This document shows positions 59,228 through 64,000 of a DNA stretch of 64,000 nucleotides, piece by piece. How positions within the stretch are numbered: position 1 is the stretch's first letter; each line of letters starts with the position of its first letter. Made by a program: the position numbers and the translations under genes. Below the pieces are notes generated by a model. That model ran no database searches and was not told where the DNA came from. It saw nothing but the letters and a program-made list of their open reading frames with translations. The stretch lies in the sequence record MN091626.1; one strand, 5' to 3'.

Positions 59228-60697
59228 TTAACGTTTTAATAATTTTTCAAGCATTTCTGAAGTTAAATCTTTTTGATTATTCTTAACTTTGTAAGCACCA
59301 AGTTTATTTTCTTTAATAACTTCAAATTTGTTATGATCTGGTAAATATTTATAAACTAATTCCCTAGTTTGGTCTAATATAATAAAATCTAATAAGAAGA
59401 ATTCATTATAAATTTTCTTAGCAGCTCTACGGTCAGATAATAAATCCACACCAGTTTTACGTTTAACTTCATTAGCTTCATCAATAGTAATCATTAAAGC
59501 TGTTGTTGGAATATAGTTAGCTTTAGCTGATTTAGCAATTCCTGAAGCTTTATTAACAGAGTAGAGAGAATTTAATTTGTTCCAAATAGAACCAGAACGT
59601 CCTTTTTTAGAGTCTTGTGCAATTTTCTTAACTTTATCAGCGTCCAATAATAAATCTTTAACTAGACGTAATTCACCTGTAGTAAATTTAACTAATTTAG
59701 TTACTAAGTTTGAGCCACGAGATTTATCAGAAAGATAGAAAATGATGTCTTCAGTTTTAACAACATGAACTACTGTCTTAACACCGAATTTAGTATCCTT
59801 CTGAATATAATTTGAAGCTGGAAGAGGATTACCATTTTTATCTGCAGGTACATAGTTAATTGTAGTTGTTATCGTAGTAGGTAAAGAAGCATTTATTTTT
59901 TCTTTATCTATAGTAACTTTTGCTCCAAAATTATCTCTTTCTGCATCTTTAATAGTAGTAGTAACTTGACCTTTATAATCTTCACTGAATTTTCTTTTTA
60001 ATTCAGAATTTTTTTCTATAGTGTCGCCATTACTTGATTTTAATCTACCGTCAAATACTGAATTTATATTTCTATTAGAACTTTCTGACATATTATTAAA
60101 TTTAAATTCTTTCTCTTTACCATCTTTAAATTCAAGTATTTCTAAATTATAAGTTTTATTTGTATTCTTTGATAATTCAAAATCATTTATATCAAATCTA
60201 ATATCATATTTTACACCATTGGCTTTTACTGCATAACCGCTATTTGATTCATTTAATAGTTCTTTCATTTCTTCTCTAGTGATAGTCATATCATTTAAAG
60301 AATTCATATTAAATTTTTCTTCAGGAGTTTCTAATAAATAATCATTGGATCTTTTAATATCCTCTTTTGTACTTTCAGCTAAATTTACATTATTATGCAA
60401 ATCAGACATAAATGAAGTAGGATCTTTCGGATCAAAAGTTTGTAACGGTGAATTCGTTAATACAAAATCAAACTCAAAAGCTCTCTCTAATTCTAATTGG
60501 TTTCTCATTAATTCAACTGTGTCTTGTTCTATAGTATCAGATGTAACTAAAGGAAACTGTAGTATAAAATCTCCAGATCTTTGCTTTAATGATCTTTTTC
60601 TTTTGTTATTATCTTTATAGTTTTTACTTATACTTGTAGGATTTAAATCTTTTAAAAGACCTATTACATCCGTAAATAAGTTTACTTTATTGGCCAA
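59228..60697 (-). CDS. Putative virion structural protein
   Basis: 489 aa, late promoter. Confidence 0.6.
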   Translation of the reverse strand: MANKVNLFTDVIGLLKDLNPTSISKNYKDNNKRKRSLKQRSGDFILQFPLVTSDTIEQDTVELMRNQLELERAFEFDFVLTNSPLQTFDPKDPTSFMSDLHNNVNLAESTKEDIKRSNDYLLETPEEKFNMNSLNDMTITREEMKELLNESNSGYAVKANGVKYDIRFDINDFELSKNTNKTYNLEILEFKDGKEKEFKFNNMSESSNRNINSVFDGRLKSSNGDTIEKNSELKRKFSEDYKGQVTTTIKDAERDNFGAKVTIDKEKINASLPTTITTTINYVPADKNGNPLPASNYIQKDTKFGVKTVVHVVKTEDIIFYLSDKSRGSNLVTKLVKFTTGELRLVKDLLLDADKVKKIAQDSKKGRSGSIWNKLNSLYSVNKASGIAKSAKANYIPTTALMITIDEANEVKRKTGVDLLSDRRAAKKIYNEFFLLDFIILDQTRELVYKYLPDHNKFEVIKENKLGAYKVKNNQKDLTSEMLEKLLKR

Positions 60698-60733
60698 TTT
60701 ATATTTCCGCCTTTCTTTTTCTTATTATTTTTA

Positions 60734-60745
60734 TAAAGATATGTT
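60734..60745 (-). promoter_or_regulatory. Putative late promoter AACA-N6-TA
   Basis: AACA-TATCTT-TA. Confidence 0.65.
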
Positions 60746-60783
60746 TGATCATAAGAAACAATAAAAAAGTAAAAAAAAAAAAT

Positions 60784-60825
60784 AAATTTAGATATCGTAT
60801 CAATTAAGACACGATATCTAAATTT
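60784..60825 (-). terminator. Rho-independent terminator (minus strand)
   Basis: AAATTTAGATATCGT/ACGATATCTAAATTT followed on the minus strand by a long T run. Confidence 0.7.
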
Positions 60826-61029
60826 TTATGAGTGAGTTATTTTTGAATACCTATCATATTCGAGAAGTAATTCTTTATTTATAATTAGATAGTATATGTT
60901 CATTTATAAAGTTGTCTACTCCATAAAAATGCCCTTTATCATCTATTTCTTTTATTCTATTCTCCAAATCTTTAATTCTTCTTTCTAAATAATCTTCATC
61001 TTTATTCAATTTTTGAATCTCTCCCCATT

Positions 61030-61285
61030 TATATTACTACTATTTAATATATGACATAAATATGTGTGAACGGACTAGCCACCTTAAATATAATAGATAT
61101 GACTGTTTTGATTATTGACCTAATGTCATTTGGTAATCTTTTTATTGTTTAACTCACTCTGTTCACATTTTGTTATTTTATACTTCCACTCATTCTAGTA
61201 TAGGGGGATCTAAAACGAATCGGCATATTTATATATCTTAGTAGAATATAGTGTATTAATGAGAAGTTAATTTCTTAACTTCTCA
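61030..61285 (-). ncRNA. Candidate structured ncRNA under an early promoter
   Basis: GAGAAGTTAA-GAAA-TTAACTTCTC GNRA hairpin, long-range TGTGAAC/GTTCACA helix, elevated GC, only very short start-initiated ORFs. Confidence 0.4.
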
Positions 61286-61287
61286 CC

Positions 61288-61303
61288 TTTATAATATATA
61301 TTT
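61288..61303 (-). promoter_or_regulatory. Putative early promoter
   Basis: AAATATATATTATAAA on minus strand. Confidence 0.6.
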
Positions 61304-61346
61304 AAAAATTATTTACAAAAAAAAAGAAGAATCTTGAGATTCTTCT

Positions 61347-61877
61347 TTATCTATAAAAATTTGGATTAGTCATACTTTCTCGTATTTGTTCTACAAACTC
61401 ATCCTTCGAGTCACTAATGACACGAGCTTTTCCTTTTCTTTTATAAGGATTAGAAACAGAAATCGATACATCTTTTTCTTTAGCTTTGAAAGATATCATT
61501 GAGTTAGCTTCATAAAATAGTTTATTATGATTCATTCTATTTATATGTCCCCAACTATAACCATTTCTTTTTAAATAATATTTGGCTTTTTGATAGTCAG
61601 ACATTACATCTTTATTAAATTGTTCTTTATCTAAACCTTCTTCTTTCATAAAATTATCTTTTTTATTTTTTAGTTCTTTTTCTTTTTCATTAATTTTACG
61701 AATTTCTTCTTTCTTTTTCTCTTCTTCTATTTTTATTTTTTGAATTCTTTCTCTTTCTATTTCTTCTGCTTTTTTAATTCTTATTCTTTCTCTTTCTATT
61801 TCTTCTTCAATTTTTCTTTGTTTTTTCATTTTTCTATCATTTCTGATTTCTTTAATTTTATTTAACATACTATCCAT
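61347..61877 (-). CDS. Hypothetical coiled-coil protein, paralog of 62430-62882
   Basis: YQKAKYYLKRNGYSW..RMN..LFYEANS. Confidence 0.75.
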   Translation of the reverse strand: MDSMLNKIKEIRNDRKMKKQRKIEEEIERERIRIKKAEEIERERIQKIKIEEEKKKEEIRKINEKEKELKNKKDNFMKEEGLDKEQFNKDVMSDYQKAKYYLKRNGYSWGHINRMNHNKLFYEANSMISFKAKEKDVSISVSNPYKRKGKARVISDSKDEFVEQIRESMTNPNFYR

Positions 61878-61899
61878 CCTTTATTATTTTATTTATTAA

Positions 61900-62415
61900 T
61901 TAAACTAATAATCCTTTTGAAATAATTATTTCAAAATAAATTCTATCAAATTCAGGTTCTCCTTTTTTATTATAAATTACAAATGGGTATTTAATATCTC
62001 TAATATATCCATTATCAAGTAAATAGCTATTTTCCAGTTTCATCTTTTTAATTTTCTTTTCTAATTTATTTCTACTAAATTTTGTCAAATTTAAATCAAA
62101 TTTATAAAATTGTGTGTTACCTGCTGTATAGTAAAGATTTTCATATTTATCTATTGCAAATAATTTTCCAGTAAATCCTACAACTTTCTTAGTTTTTGTT
62201 TTTACATCTTCAATATTTAAATATTCTAATTCTCTACCAATGCAATTTAATTCTTTATCAGCTAAATCGTTAAAATCTTTAATATAATTATCTTTCTCTT
62301 GTTTTAAAATTTTATTTAAATCCATAAAGACATCAATTTTAAATTTTTCATCTTCAAAAAGTTTAAATTCTCTTACACTATTTTCTTTTTCAATTACAGT
62401 TATTCTTTTACTCAT
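61900..62415 (-). CDS. Hypothetical protein
   Basis: AAGGA SD, 171 aa. Confidence 0.75.
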   Translation of the reverse strand: MSKRITVIEKENSVREFKLFEDEKFKIDVFMDLNKILKQEKDNYIKDFNDLADKELNCIGRELEYLNIEDVKTKTKKVVGFTGKLFAIDKYENLYYTAGNTQFYKFDLNLTKFSRNKLEKKIKKMKLENSYLLDNGYIRDIKYPFVIYNKKGEPEFDRIYFEIIISKGLLV

Positions 62416-62429
62416 ATTAATCCATCCTT

Positions 62430-62882
62430 TTATTTTTTTAATTTTTCTTCTAGTTCTTTTATTCGTTTATTTAAATACATAGCTTCTTTTATAGTTTCTA
62501 TTTTTACATTTTCTTTCCTAGCTTTATATTCAACTAATGAATTTGCTTCTAAAAATATCTTATAATTATTCATTCTTTTTAAATCGGACCAATTAAATCC
62601 ATTTCTTAAAAGATATTGTTTAGCTTCTTGGTAATCAATATTTTCAGATCTATCAAAATATGATTTAATTAGACCTTCTTTTTCTAAGAAAGCTTTTGTT
62701 GCTTTTTCTCTAGCTTTCCTTTCAGATTCAACTCTTTCATTAAATTTAAGAAGTTCTTCTTTTTCTCTCTCTTCTTCTTTAATTCTTATTCTTTCTCTTT
62801 CTTTTTCTTCTTTAATTCTTTTTTCTTTTGCTTCTTTTCTATTTTGTCTAAATAATACAATTTCCTCTAATAACATTAACAT
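62430..62882 (-). CDS. Hypothetical coiled-coil protein, paralog of 61347-61877
   Basis: YQEAKQYLLRNGFNW..RMN..IFLEANS. Confidence 0.75.
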   Translation of the reverse strand: MLMLLEEIVLFRQNRKEAKEKRIKEEKERERIRIKEEEREKEELLKFNERVESERKAREKATKAFLEKEGLIKSYFDRSENIDYQEAKQYLLRNGFNWSDLKRMNNYKIFLEANSLVEYKARKENVKIETIKEAMYLNKRIKELEEKLKK

Positions 62883-62983
62883 TTTAAATACATCCTTTTT
62901 ATTTAAATTAGTTGATTAATAATTATCAACTTCATAATTATAATATAAATTTATAAATTAATTTATTACGGAAAATCTACTTT

Positions 62984-62995
62984 AACATAGTCTTA
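62984..62995 (+). promoter_or_regulatory. Putative late promoter AACA-N6-TA
   Basis: AACA-TAGTCT-TA. Confidence 0.65.
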
Positions 62996-63026
62996 TTAAA
63001 AATAACGATTGGTGGTGTAAAAGAGA

Positions 63027-63995
63027 TTGGCTGAAGATAAGAAAACTACGGAAGAAAAGTTTAAAAAAGCATTAAAAGAAGAAGGAGATATAAAAGAAAT
63101 AAAATCCTTTAATCCATATAGAATGAAAGATAAAAACTCAGAGATATTTAATAAAGGATTACCTTTTATTTTCATAACAGCTCCTAGAATAAATCTAGTA
63201 GACGAAAATATAGGAAGAGAAAGTTTCTTTCTTTATTTAAAATCAGTTAAACCTGATTTATTAAAAAGCTTAAATTTTAGTAATAATGGAGCCTTAAGCT
63301 CAGGTAGACCTTTCATCCCAATCCTTTCAAATAGATTTATGGGAATATCTATTCCCGATACACAAACAACAATGAAAGAATTTCATGAAACATTTTACGG
63401 TTATAAACAACATTTACCGGTAGGTACAGTTAATTCAGTTGCTGGTGGAGAAATAGCTGTAGATTTTGAAGAGAATAAAGAAATAGACGTTATACACTTA
63501 ATTAAAGCCTGGAGTGATTATATAGAAGGTGTGACTAGAGGTTATCTATTCCCTTCAGATGATGCTAAAGATAAACGTTATATAGATTATACTAGTTCTA
63601 TATATTATTTCTTATTAGACTTTGATGGTGAAACTGTATTACATTATTCTAAGTATACTGGATGTTTCCCTATAAATGTACCTTACGATATATTCTCACA
63701 AAATATTGGTGATGATCCAGAAGTTCCTCACGTTTCTATTAACTTTGCTTATTCATATAAAGAAGATATGAATCCCGATATATTAGTTGACTTTAATTCA
63801 GTTTCAACAATGTCTACTAGTATAGCTAATGCATCTGGAACTGAACCTATTAGAGCTAATATTAATAATGCAACTATGGGTATAAAATTAAATTATGATG
63901 AAATGTATCCAGTTAATACAGGTAATCCTTATATCGTTGCAGGACAAAGAAAAGAAGACAAAGCTAAACCTAAATATAGATTAAGATTTTTATAA
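63027..63995 (+). CDS. Putative tail-tube-fold/baseplate structural protein
   Basis: YSKYTGCFPINVP..VSINFAYS resembles gp19/gp54-fold proteins; late promoter. Confidence 0.5.
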   Translation: MAEDKKTTEEKFKKALKEEGDIKEIKSFNPYRMKDKNSEIFNKGLPFIFITAPRINLVDENIGRESFFLYLKSVKPDLLKSLNFSNNGALSSGRPFIPILSNRFMGISIPDTQTTMKEFHETFYGYKQHLPVGTVNSVAGGEIAVDFEENKEIDVIHLIKAWSDYIEGVTRGYLFPSDDAKDKRYIDYTSSIYYFLLDFDGETVLHYSKYTGCFPINVPYDIFSQNIGDDPEVPHVSINFAYSYKEDMNPDILVDFNSVSTMSTSIANASGTEPIRANINNATMGIKLNYDEMYPVNTGNPYIVAGQRKEDKAKPKYRLRFL

Positions 63996-64000
63996 GAGAA

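Noticed and set aside
3103-60620. Short antisense or alternate-frame ORFs in the track (e.g. 3103, 9861, 10230, 11432, 13879, 13887, 14201, 15908, 16500, 17221, 17336, 17902, 21542, 25125, 26294, 31092, 33182, 34670, 37233, 37585, 38127, 39623, 46112, 47146, 48523, 51951, 53588, 58335, 60345)
   Set aside because: They lie within or largely overlap well-supported genes and have the S/L/F-rich composition of shadow frames
61203-61225. GGGGGATCTAAAACGAATCGGC resembling a tmRNA 5' end
   Set aside because: No matching T-arm/CCA 3' half on that strand, and the promoter points the other way
1-64000. Alternative genetic code
   Set aside because: Long genes are intact under the standard code; interruptions are explained by introns or a homopolymer

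Overview
A 64-kb, very AT-rich segment of a jumbo myovirus of the phiKZ/AR9 (PBS1-like) type, most likely infecting Staphylococcus (two SH3b-bearing lysins, an SsbA-like tail motif). It encodes the N-terminal half of a split family-B DNA polymerase, portal, three pieces of two multisubunit RNA polymerases, a candidate sigma-like promoter-specificity subunit, SF2 helicase, GroEL-like chaperonin, RNase HI, dCMP deaminase, guanylate kinase, lysins, head/baseplate proteins, one canonical tRNA and one atypical tRNA. Two group I introns could be mapped to the nucleotide (1095-2119 in polB; 27971-29270 in RNAP beta). They share ribozyme sequence but carry unrelated endonucleases. Two promoter classes are visible: AAATWTATATTATA before early/replication genes, and AACA-N6-TA (the AR9 late consensus) before virion genes. 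Other leads: a shared N-terminal module on three virion proteins, a candidate -1 frameshift in a gp26/gp51-like pair, terminator-like hairpins with TTAA loops, two candidate structured ncRNAs, and a minimal polymerase-palm-like protein. All assignments come from motif recognition by eye; no database searches were run.
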